From an uncultured Dehalococcoidia bacterium (GTDB lineage: Bacteria > Chloroflexota > Dehalococcoidia > Lucifugimonadales > UBA3495), in NCBI GenBank assembly GCA_950072105.1, contig CATMOE010000013.1, positions 1 to 63,546 of the forward strand: a stretch of 63,546 nucleotides of DNA, in the 5' to 3' direction. The stretch's first letter is position 1. Each line of letters begins with the position of its first letter. A program made the position numbers and the translations under genes. Positions 39,481 through 49,146 of the stretch are shown here, piece by piece. The notes under the pieces are model-generated. The model made no database searches. It saw only the letters and a program-made list of their open reading frames with translations, and was not told the DNA's origin.

Positions 39481-40275
39481 TTGAGTCGCACCAGGAGTCC
39501 CATCATCTCTGAGAGCGTGAGAAATTTATGGGGCAGGGATTTTGCCCTCGTTCCGGCCGGATTGTCCGAAGGTGACGTTACCGCCTTCGTCGAAGAGATG
39601 ATCTCCGGGCACAAAGAAGCCGATGAACGGCTGGAGCACCTAGACTCACTGCACCGGTTGGCTACGTAAACGCTTCAAGAAGCTCAAGAACTAGCCGAAC
39701 GCCACAAGTCTGAAGGGCGGAAACAAGCGGACGATGAAGCACAGACAGTCATCGCCGCCGCCACAGAGCGGACCCGGCTCATCGTGCAAACCGCGGAAAA
39801 GCTTGCCAGCGACCTGAAACAAGACGCCAAAACGCAATCAGAGCGACAGATCGCCAGCGCTATTCTAGTAGCCGAAGCTAAAGCCAACGAACTCATTGTT
39901 AGCGCCCAAGCCTCTGCCGAACGACGCCTCAATGACGCCCAGCACCGGGCGCCCACCCAACCCGGCGCTGTTAATCCCCAGCCTAGTGGTCCGGCGGGTG
40001 GTCAGGTTCAGGCTGTGCCCGCGCCGAGTTCGGATCAGAAGACCAGGCACACCTTTCGCTGGAACGCCGTGCCTGGGGCGACTCGCTAAGGTTTGTACCT
40101 CTGCCGGCCTCCCTATGGCAAAGAGGACTTCGTTTTCGTGCAGGAAGACCTAACCGAAACATCGATGATTCTTCCCATAGACCTGGAGCCTAACATCGTC
40201 TATAAATGGACCATCCGCGCCGGCAATGCCAAAGGATGCGGGAAACCCAATCAGTTCAAGGAATATCTCACCTGA
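39481..40275 (+). pseudogene. DivIVA-domain / coiled-coil / FN3-like gene with two in-frame TAA stops
   Basis: ORFs 39481, 39784 and 40093 share one frame, broken by TAA at 39667-39669 and 40087-40089. Has F..V..GL....V..FV DivIVA motif and W..V.GA..(Y).L...Y.W.IRA.N..G FN3-like tail. Confidence 0.75.
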
Positions 40276-40507
40276 CCCATCACCTAGATCTGCGCCGTCG
40301 ATCCGCGTAAGCGTCCACCGCCATTCCGCCCTGTCTTCCTCTTTATGAATGCCCGTCTTGCTATATAACTGGCAATTCCCGGCGCCTCACCAAACCCGGT
40401 TGTCCTGGCCACTAGAGGCCATCCTCAATCAGCCGTGTGCTACAATCCCGGAGAAAATCGCCTCAACGTATCAGGCGGCCTAATTTCAATTTATTCAAGA
40501 GGTAGCG

Positions 40508-42190
40508 ATGGCGCTAATGAGAGCCGGTCAAGCGATAATTGAAGGTCTACGAGCCGAAGGTGTGGAATACATCTTCGGCCTGGTGGGGACAACCACCAAC
40601 AGCATCGTCACCGAATTGCCGGGGCGGGCCGACATCAGGTTCCTGGATACCCGGCACGAGGAAGGGGCGGCCTTCATGGCCTACGGATATACTCGGGCTT
40701 CCGGCAAACCGGCGGCCTGTCTCACCACGTCGGGCCCCGGCAGCATCAACCTGCTTACCGGCATCTCCCTAGCCTACAAAGGACGGGCCCCGGTGATTGT
40801 CATCGCCGGAGATACGGCCCAAGAGTACATCTACCGTGACGGCGCCCAGGCATTCGACCTGGTGAGCCTGTTCAAACCCATCACCAATCTGGCGTTACAA
40901 GTGAACCAGACCGAAAGAATACCGGAGATGCTCCATTATGCCTTCCGGCATGCCCTCTCCGGCAAGCAAGGACCGGTATTTCTCGACATACCCAGAGACT
41001 TGATCGACGGCAAGAGCCTGGAGACCGACATACAAGCGCCGGAGACTTACCGGGCAGTAAACGGACGCATCGAGGGAGATGCTCAAGCCATCCAACAGGC
41101 GGTCGCGCTACTGAGTCAGGCGCGGCGGCCTTTGCTGCTGGCGGGAGGCGGTGTCATAGATTCGGAGGCCAGCGACGATGCGGTCGAACTGGCCGAACTC
41201 CTGGATATGACCCTGGTCCCCTCCTACGGCCACAACGACGCCGTGCCCAACAACCACCGGCTCTATATCGGCCCACCCGGCGGGCGGGGTTCCGGCGAGG
41301 CTGCGGAGGCGATAAACCAGGCCGACGTGATCCTGGCCTTGGGAACCCGGATCAATCAGGGAAGCACGTCTTGGAACTACAACGTGGTCAATCCGGAAAC
41401 GAAGATCGTCCAGGTGGATATCGACCCTCAAGAGATCGGACGCAACTATCCGGTTGCCGTGGGCATGGTGGGCGACGCCAAGGCCGTGGCCCAGCAGTTA
41501 CTCCGAGCCTTGCGGGAGGAGTTCCCGGAGGGCCGTCCCAATCCTGAGTGGCGAGCCAACACCGAGAGCCTGGCCCGGCAACGGCGGACCCGGTTGGATG
41601 CCGAGAAAGAGATTCCCGGCGACCCTATGATGCCCCAACGGGTCTACCCCGAGTTGTCCAAAGTCCTGCCGCCGGATTGCATGGTGACCATCGACGCTGG
41701 AGTTTCAGCGGGATTGGCTTATGACCGGCTGGCCTTCCAAACACCCCGCACCATGTTCAACTACGCCGGACAGGGCGGGCTTGGTATGGGTCTGTGCGTG
41801 GGCCTGGGCACCAAGCTAGGCCGGCCCGACCGTGCTGCCATCGCCATCCAAGGCGACGGCGGATTTCTTTACACGTCCCAGGAATTGAACACGGCGGTTA
41901 GATGGGGGATACCGCTGGTGAGCATCGTGCTGAACAACAACTGCCACGGGGCCGAGAAAGCCCAACAGCAACGCTTGTTCGACGAACGTTACATCGGCGT
42001 GGACCTGGAAAGCCCGAGGTTCGATAAACTGGCTGAGGTATACGGGGCCAAAGGATATTATGTAGAGCGCCCCGAAGATATCGCGGACACGGTTCGTGAC
42101 GCGTTGGATCAAAACGGCCCCACCGTGATCGAAATACCCATCGAAGAGTATTTCCCTCCGGCAGCGCCGCTGCCCGGGTCTTCCCGGTAA
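40508..42190 (+). CDS. Thiamine diphosphate-dependent enzyme (acetolactate synthase/Xsc-like family)
   Basis: RHEEGAAFMA, TSGPG and GDGG...NN ThDP motif. Confidence 0.92.
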   Translation: MALMRAGQAIIEGLRAEGVEYIFGLVGTTTNSIVTELPGRADIRFLDTRHEEGAAFMAYGYTRASGKPAACLTTSGPGSINLLTGISLAYKGRAPVIVIAGDTAQEYIYRDGAQAFDLVSLFKPITNLALQVNQTERIPEMLHYAFRHALSGKQGPVFLDIPRDLIDGKSLETDIQAPETYRAVNGRIEGDAQAIQQAVALLSQARRPLLLAGGGVIDSEASDDAVELAELLDMTLVPSYGHNDAVPNNHRLYIGPPGGRGSGEAAEAINQADVILALGTRINQGSTSWNYNVVNPETKIVQVDIDPQEIGRNYPVAVGMVGDAKAVAQQLLRALREEFPEGRPNPEWRANTESLARQRRTRLDAEKEIPGDPMMPQRVYPELSKVLPPDCMVTIDAGVSAGLAYDRLAFQTPRTMFNYAGQGGLGMGLCVGLGTKLGRPDRAAIAIQGDGGFLYTSQELNTAVRWGIPLVSIVLNNNCHGAEKAQQQRLFDERYIGVDLESPRFDKLAEVYGAKGYYVERPEDIADTVRDALDQNGPTVIEIPIEEYFPPAAPLPGSSR

Positions 42191-42260
42191 TCCTAATCGC
42201 TCAAGATTACCCTCGAAAAGATCATTCACGTTAATACCCGGCCAATTAAAGGAGCTTACG

Positions 42261-43406
42261 ATGGCTAGCATTTTTGAAGAACTCGGCGTGCGCCCGGTGC
42301 TCAACGCCATGGGAAACCGGACGCTGTTGGGAGGGTCCACTCCCTCCGCCGCCGTCCGCGCCATGATGGACGAGGCCGAAGAAGACTACGTTCACATGGG
42401 CGACCTGATGGACACCGTGGGCCTGAAGATTGCCGAGATGATTGGCGCCGAGGCAGCCTTGGTGACCTCTGGATGCTCGGCAGCGCTGGCCGTGGGAGCC
42501 GCGGCCTGCATGACGGGCAACGACCAAGAGAAGATCGACCAGTTGCCGGACACCACTGGCATGCCCAACGAGTTCATTATCCAACGACAACTTAGGATCA
42601 AATACGACCGGTGCATCACCATTCCCGGCGGCAAACTGGTGGAGGTTGGCGACGTTGAGGAGACCCGCCCGGAGCACATCGAGGCCGCGATAGGGCCTCG
42701 CACGGCGGGCATCCACTACCTGGCTCCGGGTAACCGTCCGGGAGCGTTGCCGATAGAGGAAGTGATCCGCATCGGACAAGCCCACAACATCCCGGTCATC
42801 GTGGATGCCGCCGGGGAAGTCTACCCGACAGACAAGTTCGGCCGGTACGTCAAGATGGGCGCAAAACTCGCGGCCTACGGCGCCAAGTACTTCGGAGCGG
42901 TCAATTCCAGCGGCATGCTGGTTGGCGACAAAGACCTGGTAGAGATCGCCCGCGCCCACAGCTTCATCGGGTTCGAGTCCAGCCAGTCCCGGTCCATCGG
43001 ACGGCCGATGAAAGTGGACCGTCAGGAAGTTGTCGCGGTTTACGCGGCCTTGCGAGAGTGGCTGACGATGAACCACGAGGACCGTTTCGCGTCCTACGAA
43101 GTCCGGGTGGCGCGCCAGAAGGCCGAACTGAAGGACATCCCAAACATCGAAATGTTCAAACACCCCGCGGAGGGACCGCCTTTGGGATTACTCGTCCGTA
43201 TGGATACCGCCAAAGTGGGCAAGACCGCCGGGGAGGTCGTTGCCGAACTGAAAACCGGCAATCCCAGCATCTGGGTCCGCTCCCCCCAAGCCCGGCCCGA
43301 CGAATACCCGGAAGGGGAAAACGGCTTCATCATCCTGATGCACCTGCTTAAAGAAGGAGGCGAGAAGATCATCGCCGAGAGGCTGGCGGAGATCCTTCCA
43401 AGATAG
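42261..43406 (+). CDS. SelA-like/DgaE-family PLP-dependent enzyme
   Basis: LGVRPVLNA.G..T.LGGS, VTSGCSAAL, VDAA, GAK (PLP Lys) and IGRPMKV. Confidence 0.85.
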   Translation: MASIFEELGVRPVLNAMGNRTLLGGSTPSAAVRAMMDEAEEDYVHMGDLMDTVGLKIAEMIGAEAALVTSGCSAALAVGAAACMTGNDQEKIDQLPDTTGMPNEFIIQRQLRIKYDRCITIPGGKLVEVGDVEETRPEHIEAAIGPRTAGIHYLAPGNRPGALPIEEVIRIGQAHNIPVIVDAAGEVYPTDKFGRYVKMGAKLAAYGAKYFGAVNSSGMLVGDKDLVEIARAHSFIGFESSQSRSIGRPMKVDRQEVVAVYAALREWLTMNHEDRFASYEVRVARQKAELKDIPNIEMFKHPAEGPPLGLLVRMDTAKVGKTAGEVVAELKTGNPSIWVRSPQARPDEYPEGENGFIILMHLLKEGGEKIIAERLAEILPR

Positions 43407-43438
43407 TACCAAATTTTGTAAGTAGCCGCTGGAACCTT

Positions 43439-43506
43439 CCGTTCGCCCTGAGCTTGTCGAAGGCCCCTTCCAGGGAATGATGGTTCGACAGGCTCACCAC
43501 GAACGG
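43439..43506. repeat. REP/MITE-like palindromic element, family A
   Basis: CCGTTCGCCCTGAGCTTGTCGAAGG ... TGGTTCGACAGGCTCACCACGAACGG. Confidence 0.8.
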
Positions 43507-43691
43507 GGTTAGTAACGCTGATCTTCGCAAGGATGTTATTGGGATCTACGCCGTGGTCAGCTTCGGCATAAAGTTTGGCAATGCGGAGATAGTCGCACAG
43601 TAATCTCGTGCCACTTTCCAGCTCCCAGCTTCGTTAACGTAGTTAGGTACGAGGAAAAACGGTACTGGAAAGTTGGTGTCTGAGGAAAGGA

Positions 43692-44918
43692 ATGGCCGAC
43701 TCAGCTTCCGAAGAAGCGATCCTCAAGGAAATCAACCCCGATGAACTGGTGGAGTTGGGCAAGTCCCTGGTCCGCATACCCAGCTTCATCGGCGAGGAAA
43801 CCGCCCTGGCGCGGTGGCTAGCCAGCTACTTCTCCTCCAGGGGTTATGACGTCCAGCTTCAAGAAGTGGACAAAGGTTGGTTCCAGACGGTAGCCACCCT
43901 CAAGGTGACTGGTGGAGGCCGCAGCATCATGTTCAACGGCCACCTGGACATCAATCCCCTGGCCACCGGTTGGACCAGGGATCCATTCGACCCCTGGGTG
44001 GAGGACGGCAAGCTCTATGGCGCGGGGATCCGCAACATGAAAAGCGGCGTCTCATCCATGATCCACGCCGCCGAATCCATCAGAAAGTCAGGCGTGGGGC
44101 TGGCCGGGGATATCGTTGTTGCCTGCGTCGTCGGGGAGCTTCAGGGTGGCTCCGGGACCAAGTACCTACTGGATCACGGCTGCCAGACCGACTTCGCGGT
44201 GGTTACCGAGCCCTACGGCGCCCACAACGTGGTCACCAAGCACGGCGGCATGTCGGTATTTTCCCTGCACGTAATGGGCAAGCATCCCTCCGGAGACGAC
44301 CTGGAAGGCGTGGACGCCATTCCCATGATGATGAAGGCGATTCAAGCGATCTACGACACCAAGCTTACCCACCGGCCCTGGGACATCCCGGGGTTGCCCT
44401 GGGTAAAGATCGGCTCAATCATCGGCGGCCGCGGCGAGTCCCACGACCTGCGGTCGGTCAGCCGCAACAGCGACCTATGCACCGCCTTCGTCGCGGTGAC
44501 AACGGTGCCTGGCATGACGTCGGACACGATACGCATGGACTTCGAGCGAAGCCTGAGCCAACTCCGGGAAGAAGAGCCCGGCTTCGAATACCAACTGGTC
44601 CATCCGGTGGAAAGCAAGTTCAACATCTGGCAAGTCGACCATCCGCCCATGGACATGCCGGCCGATGAAGAGATTGTCCAAAGGGTTGCCGCCAGCTACC
44701 AGAAGGTTACCGGACAACCGCCCCAGGCCATCGGCGCCCCTCCTTCGGCGTTGAGCGCCCGCTACGGCGACGACGACGCCCATCTCTGGGAGGCAGGAAT
44801 ACCCGCCCCGATATATGGTCCGTCGGGAGGGTCCTACGGTGAGGACTTTGCGCTGATTGAAGAGATGGTTCTTTGCAGCAAGGTCTTGGCTTTGACGGCG
44901 TTGGATATTTGTGGGTGA
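43692..44918 (+). CDS. M20/ArgE-DapE family metallo-hydrolase with altered metal ligands
   Basis: NGHLD, W..DPF, LYG.G..NMK.G and TEP. Confidence 0.85.
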   Translation: MADSASEEAILKEINPDELVELGKSLVRIPSFIGEETALARWLASYFSSRGYDVQLQEVDKGWFQTVATLKVTGGGRSIMFNGHLDINPLATGWTRDPFDPWVEDGKLYGAGIRNMKSGVSSMIHAAESIRKSGVGLAGDIVVACVVGELQGGSGTKYLLDHGCQTDFAVVTEPYGAHNVVTKHGGMSVFSLHVMGKHPSGDDLEGVDAIPMMMKAIQAIYDTKLTHRPWDIPGLPWVKIGSIIGGRGESHDLRSVSRNSDLCTAFVAVTTVPGMTSDTIRMDFERSLSQLREEEPGFEYQLVHPVESKFNIWQVDHPPMDMPADEEIVQRVAASYQKVTGQPPQAIGAPPSALSARYGDDDAHLWEAGIPAPIYGPSGGSYGEDFALIEEMVLCSKVLALTALDICG

Positions 44919-44927
44919 TGAGGCCGA

Positions 44928-44967
44928 AATCCCCCCAACCCCCCTTTACGAAAGGGGGGCTTTTTTT
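44928..44967. repeat. C/G-run palindromic repeat, family B (may act as terminator)
   Basis: ATCCCCCCAACCCCCCTTTACGAAAGGGGGGC followed by a T-run; near-exact inverse copy at 55281-55315. Confidence 0.75.
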
Positions 44968-45052
44968 GCCAATCTATCAGGAGATCTAGGATAATTTCCA
45001 ATGACCCCTATCAAAGGATTCGCATCAGGTTTAAGCACTACAGAAGAGGTGA

Positions 45053-46165
45053 TTGTTGACAAGTAGCAGTGATCTTGTGGTGGTTGGCGCGGGGGTAGTG
45101 GGGGCCGCTATCGCGTTTTATCTGGCCAAGAGCGGGGCGAGGGTTACGCTGGTAGATCGGGACGCGCCCGGTGGGCGAACATCCAGGGTTTCATTTGGGT
45201 GGATCAACGCCTTGGGGAAGCGTCCGGAGCATTACCACCGGCTCAGCCGCTTGGGAGTGGATACCTATACCCAACTGGAAGAAGAACTGGGGCCTGGGTC
45301 GGGCATCGGGCGCGGCGGGGGGCTCCACTGGCCGGGGCCTGGTGCGGAAGGGCGGGCGGAACAGGCCGCTCTGGTGCGTGACCTGGAAGAGTTCAACTAT
45401 CCGTATAGCTTGCTGACGTCTCAGGAAGCCGCCGAGTTGGAACCCAACCTGCGGGTTGACGGTGTGGACGACGGCATCTTGTACGCCCCCATCGAACGTT
45501 GGGCCGATGGCGATCTGCTGGCCAGGGCATTGGCCAAGCAAGCCGTGGAGTACGGAGCGACGCTGGCGTCTCCGGTCTCGGTCCGCGAATTGATAACGGA
45601 CGGGTCACGGGTCACGGGCGTCGCGACTTCCGATGGGTTATTGTCCGCCGGGGCAGTGGTGGTTGCCGCCGGGACGGCCAGTGTGGGATTGCTGGCGCCC
45701 CTCGGGTATCAACTGCCTTTGGGCCGAGTCGTGGGAATAACCGGAATCGTGTCAGCGCCGGCTGGGACTGTTTCAAGGGTGCTCTATCCGGGCGCGTATC
45801 ACGTCCGTCCTACCACAGACGGCCGGGTTGCTATCGGGTGCCGGGACATGGACGATCTCGTCGACGAGGACACCGACACGTCCAGCCCTCCGTCCTGGAT
45901 GAATCAGCTTCTGGACATGGTTCGCCGCGATTGCCCTTCGTTAGGAGGAGGCCGGATCGAGGAACTGCGGGTGGGCGCCAGGCCAATGCCCGTCGACGGT
46001 CTGCCTATTGTCGGTCCCGTCCCCGGCGCCCAAGGCGCCTATGTGGCGGCCATGCACAGCGGCGTTTCTCTGGCGGCCATAATCGGCCAAACGGTGGCCG
46101 GAGAAATCACGTCAGGCAACGTATTTCCCATATTGGAACACTACCGGCCGGACAGGTTCTCATAA
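45053..46165 (+). CDS. FAD-dependent oxidoreductase (D-amino acid/glycine oxidase family)
   Basis: VVGAGVVG, G.TS..SFGWIN, G.RPMP.DG.PIVG and HSGV.LA. Confidence 0.9.
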   Translation: MLTSSSDLVVVGAGVVGAAIAFYLAKSGARVTLVDRDAPGGRTSRVSFGWINALGKRPEHYHRLSRLGVDTYTQLEEELGPGSGIGRGGGLHWPGPGAEGRAEQAALVRDLEEFNYPYSLLTSQEAAELEPNLRVDGVDDGILYAPIERWADGDLLARALAKQAVEYGATLASPVSVRELITDGSRVTGVATSDGLLSAGAVVVAAGTASVGLLAPLGYQLPLGRVVGITGIVSAPAGTVSRVLYPGAYHVRPTTDGRVAIGCRDMDDLVDEDTDTSSPPSWMNQLLDMVRRDCPSLGGGRIEELRVGARPMPVDGLPIVGPVPGAQGAYVAAMHSGVSLAAIIGQTVAGEITSGNVFPILEHYRPDRFS

Positions 46166-46401
46166 AGCGCGGACACGTGTCTATTAACGTATGGAAGCAG
46201 ACTCCAGATTCTTGACATGGTTGACCGGCGCAAGTAGCATTGTATCTATCCGAATTACTCGGTAAAATAGTCTTTATTCCGCTTTTATCTGGACACGATA
46301 GAAAGTTATTAAGAATCGTCAACATCTAACCGGCGGAAACCGGTTACTCACACTGAATACAGCGTGGAAAACCACGTTGATCTGGGACAGGAGGGATTAG
46401 G

Positions 46402-47805
46402 ATGCCAAGTCAAGACGACATCGCATTGATGGGCCACCTGATGCGCCGTGCCGGCTTCGGGGCTCCCCAAGAGGAGCTCCAAACCCGCTCAGCCAAAGGA
46501 TACGACGCTACGGTAGAAGAACTTCTCCACCCTGAAGAGCTACCCGCGATCGACGAAAACGAATTTTACCGGTATTTCCCCGGCTATGAGGGCGCTTTGG
46601 GACCGCCCATCAATCAGGCCGAATGGGTGTACCGGATGATTAACACCAAGCGGCCCCTGGAAGAAAAAATAGCCCTGTTCTGGCACCAGTTGTTCGCCAC
46701 GGGCAACTCCAAAGTGGACAATCCCCCCGAGCTAACCCAGCAGATCAAGATGTTCCGCAATTACGGGCTGGGCAGCTTCAAGGAACTGCTGGTGGAGCTG
46801 GCCAAGAACCCGGCGATGATCTACTGGCTGGACAACAACGGCAACCATAACGGCGCCATCAACGAGAACTGGGGCCGTGAGTTGATGGAGTTGTTCGCCC
46901 TGGGCGTGGGCAACTATTCCGAGGACGATATTAAAGAGGCGTCGCGGGCCTTTACCGGGTGGACCATCGCCCCTAAGATTCCCCGAAACCCATTAGGCCG
47001 TTTCTACTGGAATTTCGAGTACAAGCCCGAAGACCACGACGACGGCGAAAAGACCTTCCTGGGGCACACCGGGAACTTCAACGGCGAAGATATCATCAAT
47101 ATCCTGGCCGATCAACCGGCAACCCCCCGCTTCCTGGCACGGCACCTGTACAACTTCTTCGTCGCCGATGAAGCCCAAGTACCGGCCTGGAACATCACGC
47201 CGCCCCGGGATCCGGAGGCGATACAGACCCTGGTGGACGCCTACAACGACTCCAAAGGCGACATCCGTTCAATCCTACGGGTACTGTTCAAGTCTGACTT
47301 CTTCAAGAGCGCCCGCTTTGAGCACGTGAAGAGCCCCGCCGAGTTGGTTGTGGGCACCGTACGCATCGCAGGCAACTACAACGGACCCAGGCCCGGACTC
47401 ACCCTCTTGGCCATGGAGTGCAACTGGCAAGGCCAGGAACTCCTGAATCCTCCCAGCGTGGAAAGCTGGCACACCGGTTCTGAGTGGATCGACGGCGGCG
47501 CCCTGGTAAGAAGGGTGAACTTCGCCGCGGGCGTCCTGGGAGACACCTCTCTGCCGGGTGTCCGTTCCGTGGTTGAGGGGCTCAGATCCAAGGGCAGCCT
47601 GGCGCCGGCGGATTTCGTGGCTCAATGTCTAGAAGCCCTTGGACCCTTGGAAGTTAGCGAATCGACCCACAGTGAGCTGCTGGACCATGCCCAAGAAGAC
47701 GGAACCCTGAATTGGGACACCGACGAAGAGCGCACCGCGTCCGAGAAACGGGTGGGCATCATGCTGGCGCTGATCGCCGCCTCCAGGGACTATCAGTTCG
47801 CCTAG
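46402..47805 (+). CDS. DUF1800 family protein
   Basis: HLMRRAGFG, LEEK.ALFWH..FAT, NENWGRELMELF.LG and PPSV..W. Confidence 0.92.
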   Translation: MPSQDDIALMGHLMRRAGFGAPQEELQTRSAKGYDATVEELLHPEELPAIDENEFYRYFPGYEGALGPPINQAEWVYRMINTKRPLEEKIALFWHQLFATGNSKVDNPPELTQQIKMFRNYGLGSFKELLVELAKNPAMIYWLDNNGNHNGAINENWGRELMELFALGVGNYSEDDIKEASRAFTGWTIAPKIPRNPLGRFYWNFEYKPEDHDDGEKTFLGHTGNFNGEDIINILADQPATPRFLARHLYNFFVADEAQVPAWNITPPRDPEAIQTLVDAYNDSKGDIRSILRVLFKSDFFKSARFEHVKSPAELVVGTVRIAGNYNGPRPGLTLLAMECNWQGQELLNPPSVESWHTGSEWIDGGALVRRVNFAAGVLGDTSLPGVRSVVEGLRSKGSLAPADFVAQCLEALGPLEVSESTHSELLDHAQEDGTLNWDTDEERTASEKRVGIMLALIAASRDYQFA

Positions 47806-47854
47806 CAGCCAGCGGGCCGCTACAACCCAACAGCTACTTCAGGAGGATTCGAAG

Positions 47855-48991
47855 ATGGCATCAACCAAGAAAGACCCAGTGGTGGTCATTCTCCAACTTA
47901 CCGGAGCCAACGATATTCTCAACACGATAATCCCTTACACCAGCGGCGAATACCGGGACAACCGGCCCAAGGTAAACATTCCCGAGGACAAGGTCCTGCC
48001 CATCGACGACCAGTTGGCTTTTAACCCCAACATGGGCCCACTTAAGAAGATGTACGACGATGGCAAGATGGCCATCATCCACGGCATCGGCTTCGAGAAT
48101 TCCCCTCGGTCCCACTTCCGGGCCATGGACATCTGGCACACCTGTGAGCCGGACATCGTAGGCACGGAAGGCTGGGTCGCCAAAGTGACCCGAGACCTGG
48201 ACCCCGCCGGGGAAAACGTGTTGAAGACGGTTAACTTCGGCCAGGGCTTGCCCAGGGCATTGGCGCTACGCGGTGTGCCTATAACCTCCGTCTCCAACCT
48301 GGAGAACTACGGCGTGCTGTCCACCGTGCCCGGGATCGACCCACAGCAGGACCGCGCGAAGATCCTGGAGCGGTTCGCCCGCATGTACGCTCCCGCCATC
48401 GGCACCGGCGCGACCATGGACTACTTGGGCCAGACCGGACGTGACGCCCTGAAAGGCGCCGACATCCTCAAAGTCGCTCCTGAGAAGTACACGTCTACGA
48501 TCGAGTACGCGGAAACTCCCATCGCAAAGTACCTGAGGGACGTGGCGCGAGTATACCTGGCGGACCTGGGCACCCAGGTCTTCTACACTTCCCACGGTCC
48601 CTTCGACACCCACTTTAACCAGCCGCCCATGCATCAAAAGCTGTGGACCGACGTGTCCAACGCCGTCAGCGACTTCTTCGACGACCTCAAGGAGCACGAC
48701 GCCGGCGACAATCTAATCATGGTTATGTTCACTGAGTTCGGACGCCGGGTCAGGGATAACGGCACCGGGACGGACCACGGTGCCGCCGGCGGTGCCTTCG
48801 TCATCGGCAACAACGTCAAGGGCGGCATGTACGGGACTTATCCGTCCCTGAAGGCCGAAGACCTGAACCAAGGCGACCTGGATCCCAACTACGACTTCCG
48901 CGGCTTCTACGCCACCGTGATCGAGAAGTGGTTGGGCTTGGACGCGGTTCCCATCGTTGGCGGCACATTCGAGCAGATGGCGTTCGTCTAA
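47855..48991 (+). CDS. DUF1501 family protein lacking a Tat signal
   Basis: L.GAND.LN, RSHF...DIW, FDTH..Q and TEFGRR...N..GTDHG. Confidence 0.92.
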   Translation: MASTKKDPVVVILQLTGANDILNTIIPYTSGEYRDNRPKVNIPEDKVLPIDDQLAFNPNMGPLKKMYDDGKMAIIHGIGFENSPRSHFRAMDIWHTCEPDIVGTEGWVAKVTRDLDPAGENVLKTVNFGQGLPRALALRGVPITSVSNLENYGVLSTVPGIDPQQDRAKILERFARMYAPAIGTGATMDYLGQTGRDALKGADILKVAPEKYTSTIEYAETPIAKYLRDVARVYLADLGTQVFYTSHGPFDTHFNQPPMHQKLWTDVSNAVSDFFDDLKEHDAGDNLIMVMFTEFGRRVRDNGTGTDHGAAGGAFVIGNNVKGGMYGTYPSLKAEDLNQGDLDPNYDFRGFYATVIEKWLGLDAVPIVGGTFEQMAFV

Positions 48992-49000
48992 GCGTTACGA

Positions 49001-49080
49001 CCTCCCACCTTAATCCTCCCCCACAAGGGGGGAGGAGATGAGTCCCTTCCCCCATCTAGGGGGAAGGTTAGGATGGGGGT
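49001..49080. repeat. C/G-run palindromic repeat, family B
   Basis: CCTCCCACCTTAATCCTCCCCCACAAGGGGGGAGG ... GGGGAAGGTTAGGATGGGG; relatives at 9405-9470, 55372-55408 and 59981-60050. Confidence 0.7.
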
Positions 49081-49146
49081 GATGGCCCTCAGAGCGTTCA
49101 AGTTCTCAAAATTGATCGGATCGGCTTACGGGAACAGGAGGAAGCA

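Noticed and set aside
39667..40089. Stop-codon recoding in the DivIVA-like gene
   Set aside because: The stops are TAA, not TGA or TAG, and TAA terminates many normal genes here; nonsense mutation is simpler.
10769..43163. Long antisense or alternate-frame ORFs (e.g. 10769-11656, 24686-25672, 36459-37124, 42246-43163)
   Set aside because: They are shadows of well-supported genes in GC-rich DNA and have no recognisable motifs.
42261..43406. Selenocysteine synthase selA, tempting given two selenoproteins
   Set aside because: At 381 aa it lacks the N-terminal tRNA-binding domain and the FSGDKLLGGPQ motif of true SelA; it fits the SelA-like/DgaE group.
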